Positions 1 through 12,270 of a stretch of 64,000 nt of DNA are shown in pieces (the stretch's first letter is position 1; each line of letters starts with the position of its first letter). The DNA is from Takakia lepidozioides (taxonomy: Eukaryota > Plantae > Bryophyta). The notes below the pieces were generated by a model, which saw only the letters and a list, made by a program, of their open reading frames with translations, was not told the origin of the DNA and ran no database searches. The position numbers were made by a program, and so were the translations under genes. The DNA lies in NCBI GenBank assembly GCA_030704615.1, contig CM060733.1:61690001-61754000 (forward strand), given 5' to 3'.

Positions 1-3000
1 ATGGGGCGCGAGACATGAGACCTGCTCCACATACAGTGACAGCCACCGAAATCAAGGAGCGTGCACGACATTACAAACAATGGATTGATGATGGTGGGAC
101 TGTAGGCGCACAGAACGATCCCTCCAAGCTCCATGGCGTAAAACGATTGTCCATTCTGTTTGACTTGCCTTACTGGGAGGTGCGATTACCACACATGTGT
201 TTTGGGAACAAAACAGTGCATTGGTTTTTCATTGTGCATGATTGTTGTTTACTGAACCTGTGCTGTAAACATCATTCATGACTGCATTGCAATGTGCCTA
301 ATTTGTTAGACCACATGGTGCAGCATCTTATCATCCGCCACACTTTTGATACCATGCATTGCGAGAAGAACGTGACGGAGAACATAATCAAGACTATTTT
401 CGGCGAGAAGGACACGATGCAAGTTCGCCGCGATATGGAATTGCAGGGCATTCGAAAGCCTCTTTGGTTACGACGCCATCCCACCAGAGTGGATACATTG
501 GTAATGCCTGATGCGCCATATGTGCTCACAAAACCAGAGCAGCGGGTGTTCCTGGAGATTATCACGAATCTGAAAGTACCCACTGGCTATGCCTCTGCTT
601 TCAAAAAACATGTGGTCAAACAAAAGTTGAGCCAATTGAAGTCACATGATTATCACGTGCTAATGCAACAGATCCTCCCACTTGCTCTACGTGGGTTGAT
701 GGCGCCTGGGGTTCGCAATGCCATACTAAGAGTGTCCGTGTGTTTCGCAAGCTTTGTGCAAAATTCATTGATCCCACCGAGCATGAGGAATTGAAGAAGG
801 AGGTGGCAGTGACTCTTTGTCTTCTGGAGAAAGAGTTCCCACCCTCATTTTTTGATGTTATGACACATTTACTTATCCACTTGGTGGATGAGGTGGATTT
901 GTGTGGACCTGTAGCTTCTCGGTGGATGTACCCGGTGGAGAGAGCAATGAAGGATTTTAAAGGGTATGTGCGAAACTTGGCGAAGCCTGAGGGCAGTATG
1001 GCGGAGGGCTACGTGTTTGACGAGGCATTGGGATTTTGTACAGAGTACTTGTCTTCTGTTGATGCTACTAGGCGGAGAGAGTGTGGGATGCAGGAGAGGA
1101 GGAATCAGTGTCGGGCTGGGTATTGGAAGGAGTTGGTCGACCACGGAGGTTGACCCTCGAATTGTTGCAGCTTGTCCACGACTACGTCATTCACAACCAT
1201 CCAGTTTGAGCATTATGTTGGGGTAAGTGGCAAACGTTCTGGTACCTGCTATGCATGGGTATGCTTTGTATAGGTGTGTGCAGTAGTTCTTCCATCGGCT
1301 GCAGGGGTTGCACTAGATAAATTTTGTGGTTGTGCGTGTGTTGGCAGGTCCTATGAGGTGGGAGAAATGCAGGTTGGAGACTGAAAATGCTACTAACCAG
1401 AACAAGATCCGTGCTCTCCCTCACTTTGCAGAATGGCTGGTAAAAGCAGTCCGCCAGCATGTGTCAAGTGTTGCCAACCATGCTACTGATTCAGCCTGCA
1501 AGGAATTGTTGGACATGTCCAAACCCCCATCAGTAATCGCAACATCATACAAGAGCATGTCGGCTTATGGAAACCACTTCAGGGTTACTTCAGATGGACT
1601 CAGCCCCTTTGTGACATATGACTCGGGGGTCTCTACTGTTTTCCAGCATGACAGTACTTGCATTGACCGTGAGCAGGTGGTGGAAAGCGTACGGTATGTG
1701 GGGTCATAAAGGAGATTTTAGAATTGGATTATGGCTCCACAAACACCACGGTGCTATTGTGTTCATGGGTACGTGCACGACGTGTGGGCTCTCAGCCTGT
1801 GTCAATGAAGCAGGATGAGTCTGGCTTCACATTGGTGAATTTCTCCCACTTGTTGCCTCCACTTGAACAGCCTTTTGTGCTCCCATCACAGGTCGAGCAA
1901 GTTTTTTCTCTGAGTGTGTGAATGAACCGAGATGGAACGTGGTGCTGGAAAAAAAACCCCAGGTCACGCAGGGCTGTTTCTGATGTGAGCATTTGCAACG
2001 ATGATATTGCAAGTGTATCAGGCCTCTTAGCCCCCAATCACATTGAAGAGACCAATGTTGCTAGTGACAGGTGGGCCAGACCATCCAAGTGACACCTGAA
2101 GAGGTTGCTTCACTTTACAGAGACATGCGATCTGAGGAAGCACATCCATGTCCCACGGAGGACAGTTGCGATGGAGATTCAGAGTCCAGTGATGAGGAGT
2201 TGGTTGATGTGGATGTGTACTAGTACCTAGAATGAGGTATGACTTTCCCCCCCAACTGCCTTCCTCTATCTCAAGTATATGAAGGGTGGTATTGGGCAAA
2301 AATTGAATATGTAATCCCGGTTGATTCATGAATAATGTGGGATTCATAAGACTGGCACTAAGGGTTGCCCTTGGGGGTGTCCTTTTGCAGGGTGTTGGAG
2401 GTGTCCAACTTACATGGCGTGTCTGTCTGGCAACGTGTCATGACATTATGTCACTATAGACTTTGGAACGGCATGCAAATTTACACATCAGTTCTGCCTT
2501 TGGGTACATTGTTGACAAAGTGCATGTGCCTCCAGTTTACATTACATAATTGCCCCAGTGATTTTTGTGGGTCTTATATTGGGCAGGCTCGTGTTTATGG
2601 ACCATTGAATACAATGGAGTGCTTTTAAGCTTGGTCCCTACTTATCATATTTTCATTTTTCCCCAAAAGAATCTGGCAATCCGCATAGATGATGCTCTGG
2701 CTGGTTGAGTGGGTTATTTGCGTAGATGCATTTTATGGGCAGTTTCTCTCATGCCCAGCTAACAGCCATGTGACTCACTTGTATAGTCCCCCATCTGTGA
2801 ATGGCTCAAGCAGGGTGCAGTACATTCAACACTACAATGTTGCTGCCCTGCAGGTGTTCCATGCCTTGCACCACATCATTATTCCCTGATGTCATCCTGC
2901 TGCTGTTCTAGCTTGGGGCAGGTCATTGGGGATATGTTACATTAGAGAGAACAACATGAGCTGTTATCTCAGTTGTTTTATCATACAAGAAGCTGAATTC

Positions 3001-3901
3001 ATGGGCTCTCCCATTCTTAGAAAACCCCCCCATGGCAAAGTGGGTGGATCGGAACAGACCGTATTGCCAAGCTTCTATTCCAGTAGCACACGGCGTGGAG
3101 CTCCGGGATGGCCTACTATAGGGACGACATGCACAAGGTGATATGTTAGAGTGTATTGGATTTCATATTTTGTTGGTGTTCTTGGTCACTGCCCAAAGAC
3201 TTTTGTTGAGCCCATGTTTTGCATCACTGTCATGAGTGAATTTTTTGATTTGCATGAATTTATCTATCCCCTGAATGCATCATTTGTTCGTCTGTCATTC
3301 CGCAGTATGAGGCTTGCTTTTGATGTTGTCGGCGATCAACAAACACTAAAATGCACGCCGCCATTTGAACGTAACGTCACAAACAGATGCGGTTCCAGAT
3401 CGCCTCTCTAGCATGTTGGCTTCACGTTCCATTCTTCTCCACAAAGCGCCAACGGCCTACTAAGCTGCTTCGTGTGCAACCGTTCCTTTCACTTGCATCC
3501 CCCGCACCACAATATCAAAGCCACTTAACCAATCATATGTAGACACCTCATAAGTTGTTCCATGTCACAGACTCTCCATGTCATGACGACATGTGATGAT
3601 CTGGCAGAATACATTAGAGTGGCAGTCATGAAGTCATATGTCCGTCTAGCAATATGCACACGTCATTCACGTATGGGCATGACCCTGACTGGTAGTCATA
3701 TCCACCATGGCAATATTCCTGGTCAAAGGGTGTTTGACCTGTGTTGCGCAAAGTTCGGAGTCATACAGTCGCATAACCGGCTTCGTCGTGATCTATGTTA
3801 TGACTTCAAAAGGCATTTACGACTGCAAATGGCATTTCTGCCACAAATTGGTCGTGACTGCGCACCCATGGGAGTCATAAAAGCCGCAATCTGTTGTAGT
3901 G
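1..3901 (+). mobile_element. 3' portion of a CACTA (En/Spm) DNA transposon, running off the left edge of the window
   Basis: Transposase fragments at 15-2000. Right terminus ...AATCTGTTGTAGTG ends at 3901 (reverse complement CACTACAACAGA). Many GTCAT/ATGAC subterminal motifs in both orientations at ~3560-3885. Confidence 0.88.
15..2000 (+). pseudogene. CACTA TnpD-type transposase (Transposase_21 C-terminus, DUF4218- and DUF4216-like regions), frameshifted, with a probable intron at ~180-323
   Basis: Motifs SILFDLPYW, RHTFDTMHCEKN, LKSHDYH, FPPSFFDVMTHLLIHL, GPVASRWMYPVER, EGSMAEGY, YDSGV, DESGFTLVN and PFVLPSQVEQVF are spread over several frames (ORFs 15, 294, 740, 1326, 1724). Confidence 0.88.
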
Positions 3902-3980
3902 TCGGCGAGCAGTTGTTGAACATGATACGAGCCGATTTCACCACTTTGAAGATGGGTTTGTTCTTGTGGGTATAGTGAAT
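3902..3980 (+). pseudogene. C-terminal remnant of a DYW deaminase domain (PPR editing factor) directly after the CACTA terminus
   Basis: Reads [17 protein letters not shown] then, after a 1-nt shift, CSCG. Collinear with [26 protein letters not shown] at 5464-5545 on the minus strand. Confidence 0.75.
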
Positions 3981-4749
3981 TGATGTTGTGAGTGGCTTGC
4001 TTCATTTATTAAAAGCATCCAGCTGCTTGGTTCATTCGCCAATGCCCTGGGAATGTCGACTATGACATACTTTTAAAGGCATTTCCTCCCCCCGGCATAA
4101 CAACGCAACAAGAGCTGATTGTGGAGTCTACCAACCGGGAGGTGCCCGAGATTGCGCTTTGCACGCACATTATCAAAAGCAATCTGATTACAGGCATCAG
4201 ATCATGATAGCAAACAGAATGTGTATGCCTGCATTGCTATTGGAGCTCCCAATTTGACCACAGATATGATACGTGGCTCTCATTGGATCGCATAATTGTA
4301 TCTCATACAAGAAAAAGAAAGATACTGCAAACATTTTCCTTACCAACAGGAAGCCAGGCAGAGTCTCCTTTGTGATCTTCACTCTACCTAGGAAAGATAT
4401 TTGTTATATGATCTGTAGTCATGCTTGGTTGGGTAGTTGCGCCTTGCCTGTGCATTATAACTAGGGTGATCCTGGGTATAACACATCCCACCCTTAGCAC
4501 AAGAGTTGAGCGTCACACCACATCACAAGGCAAAGTGGAGTCTTGTTGTGACAATGCCGTCACAGCCAAAGGAGGAGCAGTCGACATCTCCCTCTCATTA
4601 GTCATATCCATTATTTTGGTGTACTAATTGTATTAATATTAATTGAACCAACATGATGGATCAAGAGATTCACCCATAAGTTTTTGGGTCCAAATTTGAG
4701 ATATTGGACAGTTACTGGAAGCAAGAGATTTAGAAAAAGAGGTTTGTTT

Positions 4750-5079
4750 TTCGTGATGTGGCTATTGGATATTTATGAGATCTTGCCGCTTGTTTGAGAT
4801 CAGCATCTCAAGTACTTTACAATCACTATGTGAAGTTTCAGGCCACCATGGAATTGGATCTTGGTGAATTATGGCTAGCTTTCGACAACATTCATGCAAG
4901 TTAATCAAGAGCTCTTCATGATGTGGCTATTGGATATTTATGAGATCTTGCCGCTTGTTTGAGATCAGCATCTCAAGTACTTTACAATCACTATGTGAAG
5001 TTTCAGGCCACCATGGAATTGGATCTTGGTGATTTATGGCTAGCTTTTGACATCATTCATGCAAGTTAATCAAGAGCTC
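4750..5079. repeat. Tandem duplication, 2 x 165 bp
   Basis: TTC(G/A)TGATGTGGCTATTGG...CAAGAGCTC at 4750-4914 and 4915-5079, with only a few mismatches. Confidence 0.95.
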
Positions 5080-5463
5080 CAAACATGTCCAAATTTAAGA
5101 TGTTGAACAAACTTGTGCATAGGGCTGTCCCTCTAATCAAGCTCATTACGAATTGTATTCACTTTCATCTTCAAGCTTTGGAGAAGGTCCACCACCCACA
5201 CCAGAACTAGCACAGCACGCTGATTTCCTTCCACTATCACCAGAGTCAGTCGAAATCCCCCCTTTGCTCATTACCTGCTCCAGTCAAGTGCAAGTATGGG
5301 CTGACTTCACCTACCCCACTACCATTTCCTGTGGATGTGTAGCAGGAAATGCCCTCAACCAGTACATCATGGTCAATCTTCTCCAGAAATGGTGGATGAA
5401 CTGAGTAGCTACATAGATCAATGAATGAAGCAAGACACTTGCATCTTCTCAAAAAAAATTGTT

Positions 5464-7320
5464 TCACCAGTAATCCCCGCAAGAACAAACCCCATCTTCA
5501 AAGTGGTGAAAGCGGTTAGCATCCTGTACAACAATTGCGCGGCCAACAATCTTTGAGATGAACTTGGTGGAGGTGTGGCAGTCACCACAATTTTCCAGAA
5601 AAAACTGTTTCCCCCAGTAATCCCCGCAAGAACAAACCCCATCTTCAAAGTGGTGAAAGCGGTTAGCATCCCGTACAACAATTACGCAGCCAACAATCTT
5701 TGAAATGAACTTGGTGGAGGTGTTGCAGTCACCACATACCCGAAGATTCTTGATGAGCCGGAGTGTACTCCTAGGGGCCGTGCTGATCAGCCCAAAACCA
5801 ATGGCCAGCTTCTCACTGTGGTGACAAAGAGAAAATTCCTTTTGCTCCTCCCCCACATCATGCAATACAAAGCGTGTGTCAGGCAGGCACATACCCTGCC
5901 TCCTTCATCTGTCCAGACAATCTTATCAGCTGAGCATGGATTTCCTTAATTTTGGGGTGCAATTTGTCATCTACAACAAAGGTGTGCACCCTATTGCCAA
6001 CCTCAATGCAGCAGTGACTTGGCTCATTCTAAGCCCCTCTGACCTTCATCATGTTTCGTGCCTTTGCACTATCGTCCCACCTGCCAGCTGTAGCATAGAT
6101 GTTTGATAGCAACACATAAGTCGCAACATTATGTTCATCCCACTTGAGAATAGATGTTGCTGCACGTTCAGCCATCTCCACATTGCCATGGATTCTGCAA
6201 GCACCAAGCAAGGCCCTCCAAACCATAGCATTTGGTTTCATTGGCATTTTGTTAATAGCTCCTCTGCCTCATCCAATTGCCCCATATGTCCAAGAAGGTC
6301 CACCATGCAGCCAAAGTGCTTTACTGTCGGAGAGACATCATGATGTTGACTCAAGGAATCAAAGTTGCGTCTTCAGCAGAGAGAAGACATATAAAGGTGA
6401 TACTGTCCAGCTTCAAGCTTTCTGTTTGCATTCCTTCATAATATAGTTGTAGGGCTTCCCTATGACAACCATGCTGGGCATATTCTGCAGTCATAGCATT
6501 CCAGGACGCCACATCTCGATCAGCCATATTGTTGAACACTCCATTTGCATCCTCCATGCTCCCACATTTGGCATACATGTCCACGAGGGCATTATTTAGA
6601 GTGACATTTGGTACAATACCAGCTCTGACGATGTCACCATGGACCTCTTTGCCCTTTTCCAAGGCTGCCACCCTTGCACATGCATTGCAAACACAAAAAA
6701 ACGTGATGTGATTGGGCTTCATCTCTTCTTGCATCATTTGCTCATATGTCTGCAAAGCCTTAGTCCCGTGCCCTGCTGTGCATATCTTGCAATCATTGCG
6801 TTCCACGACACCACATCATGTTCAGCGGTAGTGTCAAACACTCCCTTTGAATCTTCAATGCTCCCACATTTGGCATACACGTCCACAAGGGTACTGTGCA
6901 GAATAACATCTGGTACACTTCCAGCTTTGACGATGTTACCATGGACCTCTTTGCCCTTTTCAAGAGCTGCCAAGCTTGCACATGCCTTGCAAACACAAAC
7001 AAACGTGATGCGGTTGGGCTTCACCCTTTCCCACATCATCTGCTCAATACATCTTCAATGCTCCCACATTTGGCATACATGTCCACCAGGGCAGTGTTCA
7101 GAATGACGTCTGGTACTATTCCAGCTTTGACGATATCACCATGGACCTCTTTGCCCTTTTCCAAGGCTGCAAGGCTTGCACACGCATTGCAAATCAAACA
7201 AACGTGATATGGTTGGTATTGATATTTGCTCATAGGTCTCCAAAGCCTCCATCCTAGACCGTGCTGTGCATATTCTGCGATCATCACGTTCCATGACACC
7301 ATTCCATTGCGTTCCATGGA
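5464..7320 (-). pseudogene. PLS-class PPR-E-DYW RNA editing factor; 5'-truncated, frameshifted, with an internal deletion and a duplicated DYW C-terminus
   Basis: PLS repeats (MYAKCGS, VVSWNAMI, ACASLAALEKGKEVH) lie in shifting frames. E1/E2 motifs VWRALLGACRIHG and YVLLSNIYA. DYW motifs [15 protein letters not shown] and [15 protein letters not shown], the last present twice. Confidence 0.9.
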
Positions 7321-7321
7321 A

Positions 7322-7642
7322 TGTGAACGCCCTCGTTGCGTAGGGACGCGTTTGGAAAGCACGGAGACAACTGTTGTACGAGGAAATGCACGATGAGGGT
7401 AACAAAACCCTTGATTGGGGTGGCCATGTATGTGACGACGTGGCATACATCTGTCGTGCGCATACATATCGCTACACAACTACATCGCTGTCCAAAACCA
7501 CACAACACATGTGCACACCACACACTAGTATACCACTAGTCCACCACTAGTCCAGCCACTAGTCCAACCACTAGGCTACAACTAGTCAGTCACTAGGCTG
7601 CCACTATGCTGCCCACTATGGCAGTCACTAGTCCACACAATA
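7322..7642. repeat. Left part of an unclassified repeat element into which the gypsy element appears to be nested; contains a CCACTAGT-type mini-array at ~7523-7633
   Basis: Non-PPR sequence begins abruptly at ~7322. About ten CACTAG/CACTAT units with ~11-nt spacing. CTAG/CACTAGT motifs resume right after the gypsy element at 18365-18410. Confidence 0.45.
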
Positions 7643-7777
7643 GATAAGGAAGAAGAATACAAGCACAAGCTCATGCGAGCTCACAAAGCTGAAGCGTAAA
7701 CTCATGCATATATAACCTCATCACTCAAATACAAGTCAAGCCAAGTGCACCCCACGCCATGGGGAATCCACACTACG
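7643..7777 (-). repeat. Truncated 3' LTR
   Basis: 134/135 identical to 18094-18228. It is fused directly to integrase coding sequence at 7778, so the integrase C-terminus, PPT and 136 nt of LTR are missing. Confidence 0.88.
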
Positions 7778-8600
7778 AGGCAAGTGATGCTTGTTTGCTG
7801 AACCTGTAGCCCATGGCTAACCAAAGAACCTGAAGATCCCAATCTCCTAGGTGTCCCTTCTGCAAGCCATACTTTCGCAAACCCCTCTTCACCGTCTGAA
7901 CAACTCTCTCTGCTAAGCCATCGGCCTCAGGATGATCCCGAGAAGTGGTGCGGTGGTCTATCAAGGCTTTATCACACAAAGCCTGAAACTCCCCCAAAAA
8001 TTCTCTCCCTTGGTCCGTGAGTACCTCAGCTGGAGCACCAAATCGGCTAAGCACACGATCCAAGAATGCATACGCAGCCCCTTCACTAGCCTTGTCAGGC
8101 AATGGAACCAACTCAATCCACTTGGAGAAGTGCTCCACCATCACCAACACATATCTGTGGTGGCGCATAGTCAGTGGCAACGGTCCTGCGAAGTCAAGAC
8201 TCCACCTGTAGCCCAATCCCATGATTGGTAAAGGATGCAACTGTGGTGTAGGGGCGTTGAATGAAGCACGCACCCTGTCACACACCATGCACCTAGCCAA
8301 ACTGTTGCACCTCTGTATGCATACCACGCCACCAATACTGCCCTGCAGTAAACTGTGAGTGCGTCGCACTCCAAAATGCCCCAACTCCTCATGGGCATGC
8401 GCACTAACCGTGCACGCTGTGTGGGGTGAGGCACAATCCTCACCCGACCATCCTCCCACACTCGAAGTAGGTGTATCCCCTCCCACTTGAACCTCTTGGC
8501 TCGTTGCAGGATCCGATCCCTCTCCCTGGCAGTCACAATGGCTGCGTGTCTCCCGTGCGGAGGTAGTCCAACACAGCCGAATCCTCATGTATATCTCTGG
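7778..8600 (-). pseudogene. Integrase (HHCC zinc finger and DDE core), frameshifted and C-terminally truncated
   Basis: AHEELGHFG...CMVC, WSLDFAGPL, VLTDQGREF, HPEADGLAERVVQT. Confidence 0.92.
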
Positions 8601-8769
8601 CACCACCTAGCTCATCACTAGCCTCAGGTCCTCAGACACTCCGTCTACAGTCATCCCTGTTGTAGGTCCAATCTGACCTCCCGATGCCAAGATACACAAA
8701 AATGCAGATGCGTGCCATCCCGGCACCATCTCCTCGTCCGTCTCACCATGCCACCGAGCTCCAGTGTCA

Positions 8770-9230
8770 TCCTGCTGGCTCATGCATGGATTGCGACTCA
8801 ATCCATCCGCATCCCGATTGACCAAACCCGGTCGATGCACAACCTGAAAGTCATACTCCTGGAGTATAAGTGCCCACCGTGCAAGCTTCCCCGTAAGCTT
8901 GTCTGACTCCATCAACCACTTGAGTGGCTGGTGATCCGTGACAAGGGTGAAAAGATTGCCGTATAGATAGCACCTGAAGTGTGCCACGGCCCACACTGCA
9001 GCTAAGCACTCTCCCTCATATGAGCTGTACTTAGCCTCTGCAGCGTTGTTCGAGCGGCTAGCGTAAGCCACTACGAACTCTCTTCCCTCATCATCCACCT
9101 GTGTGAGCACCGCTCCAAGCCCCAGCATGCTCCAATCCGTATGCAGCTGAAAGGGACGCCCCCTGATAGGTCGTCTCAAGATAGGCGCCGAGGTCAACTC
9201 GCCTTGAGCTCTTGAAAAGCTCGTGCTCAT
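8770..9230 (-). pseudogene. Ty3/gypsy RNase H
   Basis: PFQLHTDWS, GLGAVLTQ, VAYASRS, YSSYEGECLA, LVTDHQPL, RWALILQEYDF, ADGLSR. Confidence 0.92.
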
Positions 9231-10150
9231 CTTCCCACTGCCACTCCTGGTCCACCTTGGTCAGCTTGGTTAGAGCCTTTGCAATGGTACTAAATCCCTT
9301 GACAAACCGTCTATAATAGTTTGCCAACCCCATGAAAGCTCGAACTCGGCTCACATCCGTGGGGCGTGGAATTTGTGCAATGGCCTCTACCTTAGTCTGC
9401 TGTACCCCCAATCCTCCAGGATATATCATGTGACCCAGATACTCAATCTGGTTGTGGAAAAACTTGCACTTCCCCGGATGCAACTTCAATCCGTGCGCTC
9501 TCAAGCGCTCCAATACCACCTGAAAGGTGTCTCTCATGCTCCTCCATCGTAACACTAAAGATGATGATGTCATCTATGTAGCACCGAGCAAAGTCCACCC
9601 CTGCTAGAATCCTATCCATGACTCTCTGAAACTCTGCAGGAGCATTCTTAAGCCCAATGGTAAGAACCGCCACTGATATAGGCAATCCTTGCCGTGCTCA
9701 TTGATCCCCCAGAATGCCGTCTTCTGCTTGTCCGCCTCCTTGATTGGCAACTGGTGATATCCGGATCGTAAATCCAAAGTGCTAAAGGCCTTAGCATGCC
9801 CGATGGCATCAAAGATCTCCTCTGGTGTTGGCATGGCATACTTATCGGACTTGGTCTGACGATTTACAGGCCGGTAATCACCGCACATACGTCTCTCCGT
9901 CCAATTGCCATAGACATCCTTCTTGGCTGGCATCTGTGGCTGAAGCATACTCTCCACCAGAGAGCTCCACCAAACCTGCCTCCTCCCAGAGATCTTGAGT
10001 CCTCATCTGAATCAAAGACCTCTCCATGTCACTGTATCTATAGGGTCTCCGAAAGATTGGCGTGTCAGTGGCCAACTCAACGGATCTCTTGACCCTTCAG
10101 TGCTCCCAAGTCCTTCAAACTGAAGGCAAAGCAATTCCTGTAAGCCCTCA
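9231..10150 (-). pseudogene. Ty3/gypsy reverse transcriptase (frameshifted)
   Basis: PIFRRPYRYS, RRMCGDYRPVN, LDLRSGYHQ, GLKNAPAEFQR, CYIDDII, KCKF, YLGH, FMGLANYYRRFV. Confidence 0.93.
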
Positions 10151-10589
10151 GGAACCGCCGTATACGTCGTCTCTCTCCTCCGGTGACAATGGGTCCAATG
10201 TCAGGCTCCCAATTGTCCTCCGTAACTGCAACCTTAAGTCCAGTGGGCTTAGAGGTAGAGGACGCGTCCAGTGGTTGCTATGTTGCAACCTCTTGAGCAG
10301 TACTCCCTGCCTGCTCAGTCAATGACAAGGCCTCATCCTGCCCCATCATCTCATCCTTGAGGACCTCCTCAACCCGAGAAGAATCCCCAACCTCATCCAT
10401 CACAGCCGCCTTGGCTGCCAACTCCCTCTGAACCTCGAGCACCTCCCACGTGTGCCATGGATGCATGCACCCCGTGGTCCTCACATGCTCGCCCCCACTC
10501 ACTGCCTGTACCGTCTCGGTAGGCAGAGAGACCATTGAGGGAAGTGTACTCCGCACTCTGCGTTGCTCAGCCAGCCAAGCTGATAATCC

Positions 10590-11495
10590 AGGTCAAGCAA
10601 TTGAGATCCATTGCTTGCCCCAACACTTGACGACGTGATGCCTCAGAAAGAGACGACACCGCCGTGGTACCAGTGGTAAAACCCATTGCCCGCTCACGCT
10701 CGTCAGCATTAGGCTCCACTAACTGCTGCAACTGAGCATCCCACAGGAGGCCAGGTCCACTATCCCGGAAAGCATGCGATCCTGGGAAGCTGAGCAGTGT
10801 AGGTAATGCTGCTCGTGGTTGACCCACCTTGTTGACCACTGCCAAAGGCGAACGGTCATCGTGTCTCACACGCTGAGACTGCCTCCCTGTGTCCAGAATG
10901 TTATCCACTGTGAGATGTGCTGGCCGCTGCACCCCCCATCAAATGCACGCTTGAGCAGTGCGGGTGACATCAAGTTAGTCCACCATAGCCGTGGACGATG
11001 AGCCCGTGACCCACTGTAGCTGCATCTAGCAACACTGCTGACCCAAGCCACGACCGGACTTGATGCACACTGGCCATCACCCTGGCCCGAGAATCGCCCA
11101 TCAGTGGCACATTCTCCAAGATGTATGCTGGAGATACAGCTTGATGAAGCTGCAAGTGGCGCAAAACCCGCACCATCTCCCAAAACAGACCGACCTCGAG
11201 TCTCGCAATCCATTGCCATGCCCGGCTGATGAATGCCCTTGGCAGGGCCAACCTGCCACTACCAGATCAATGGAGCCAACCCGCTCCAAATCCTGCGCCC
11301 CCAGCAACGAAATGTCTGCTGAAGAATTGCTCCGACAACAACTCAGGTACCGCTGCACCAACTGAGCAACATGGCGAAGTGAAACGTGCAGTCTCATCCC
11401 TCTCCACATACAGGTAACGCCGAACTCGTACACCTGCTGTAACACAGCAGCCAATCCGGTGCTGATCCCGCCAAACAAGTCCAGAAGACAAATGC
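10590..11495 (-). pseudogene. C5 DNA cytosine methyltransferase domain (DNMT3-like) inside the retrotransposon polyprotein; split by single-base frameshifts
   Basis: Motif I LLDLFGGISTG (Phe codon 11473-11475). Motif II YLYVERD. Motif IV IDLVVAGWPCQGHS (Cys codon 11242-11244). GLFWEMVR. Motif VI YILENV (11108-11116). Motif VIII AHRPRLWWTNL (~10970-11005). Motif IX ERERAMGF (~10680-10700). Motif X RRQVLGQAMD (~10605-10635). Confidence 0.92.
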
Positions 11496-11899
11496 CTTCA
11501 TCCGATACTGCCACACAATAGGTGTGGTGTCCAATGGAGACAATTGAGGTGGTCCTGGTGCAATCCCCACACTCTCCTCCTCTCCTGACGGTACAAAAGC
11601 CTCCACCCAGGCTTGTTGCACCCGTCGATCAGCATCCCGCTGCAAATCCTTGCTCGTGCCCCACAATGGAGTCTGAGCAACCATGGTAGGCAACTCCGCC
11701 ATACCATACATGTCATCCTGCTCTCCGGAGGTGGTACATCCTCTGAATGAGCATTGCCCTCAAGCAACTCTCTAGGCCAACTCACTGCCGCTGTGAATGC
11801 TGCTAGTGTCGGCATCTTGCCTCGCTGGGCAACCGCAACTCCTCCTATGAACGTCACAGGGAGCTGCACACGCCGGCCCTCCCCTGACTGCCATGCAGG

Positions 11900-12270
11900 C
11901 CTATAGGAAGCTGACTCCTCCCAAAAATCCAGGGTGAAGCCCATGGGGTACAACACTGCCCACCAACCAGGACATCGTATGAGACTGCGTCTGTCACAAT
12001 GGCCTTGGCTCGCATCACTGAGCCATCTGTAGGGTGATCCGCCGTAGTCTGATAGCCAACTCACGCCGTGTCATGCCCCGAGCCTGCTCCGATCCTCCCA
12101 GAGACGTCTGTATCTGGAAAGGACAAGGCTCCATATCCGCCTCCGTGAGGCCCAAGCCTGCAATAGCAGCTCTGCCCAGCATCAATGGCTGAGCTCCCGA
12201 GTCCAACAAGACCCGCAGTGGCCGGTACCTCTTGCCTGCCGGTCCACTCAAACAGAAAATGCCATCCTGG
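11900..12270 (-). pseudogene. Retroviral-type aspartic protease
   Basis: RVLLDSGA active-site motif at ~12195-12215, followed by a YDVLVG-type C-terminal motif at ~11965-11985. Confidence 0.8.

Noticed and set aside
3973-3977. Second TAGTG as the CACTA terminus
   Set aside because: It lies within the DYW-derived sequence. The end at 3901 has the better TIR (CACTACAACA) and adjoins the subterminal repeats.
5464-5892. U-to-C (DYW:KP-type) editing domain
   Set aside because: The motifs are the canonical C-to-U type (HSEKLA, terminal DYW).
10590-11495. The methyltransferase as a captured host DRM/CMT/MET1 gene
   Set aside because: Motif order is not permuted as in DRM, there is no chromodomain insert or BAH/UBA region, no introns are evident, and it is collinear with pol.
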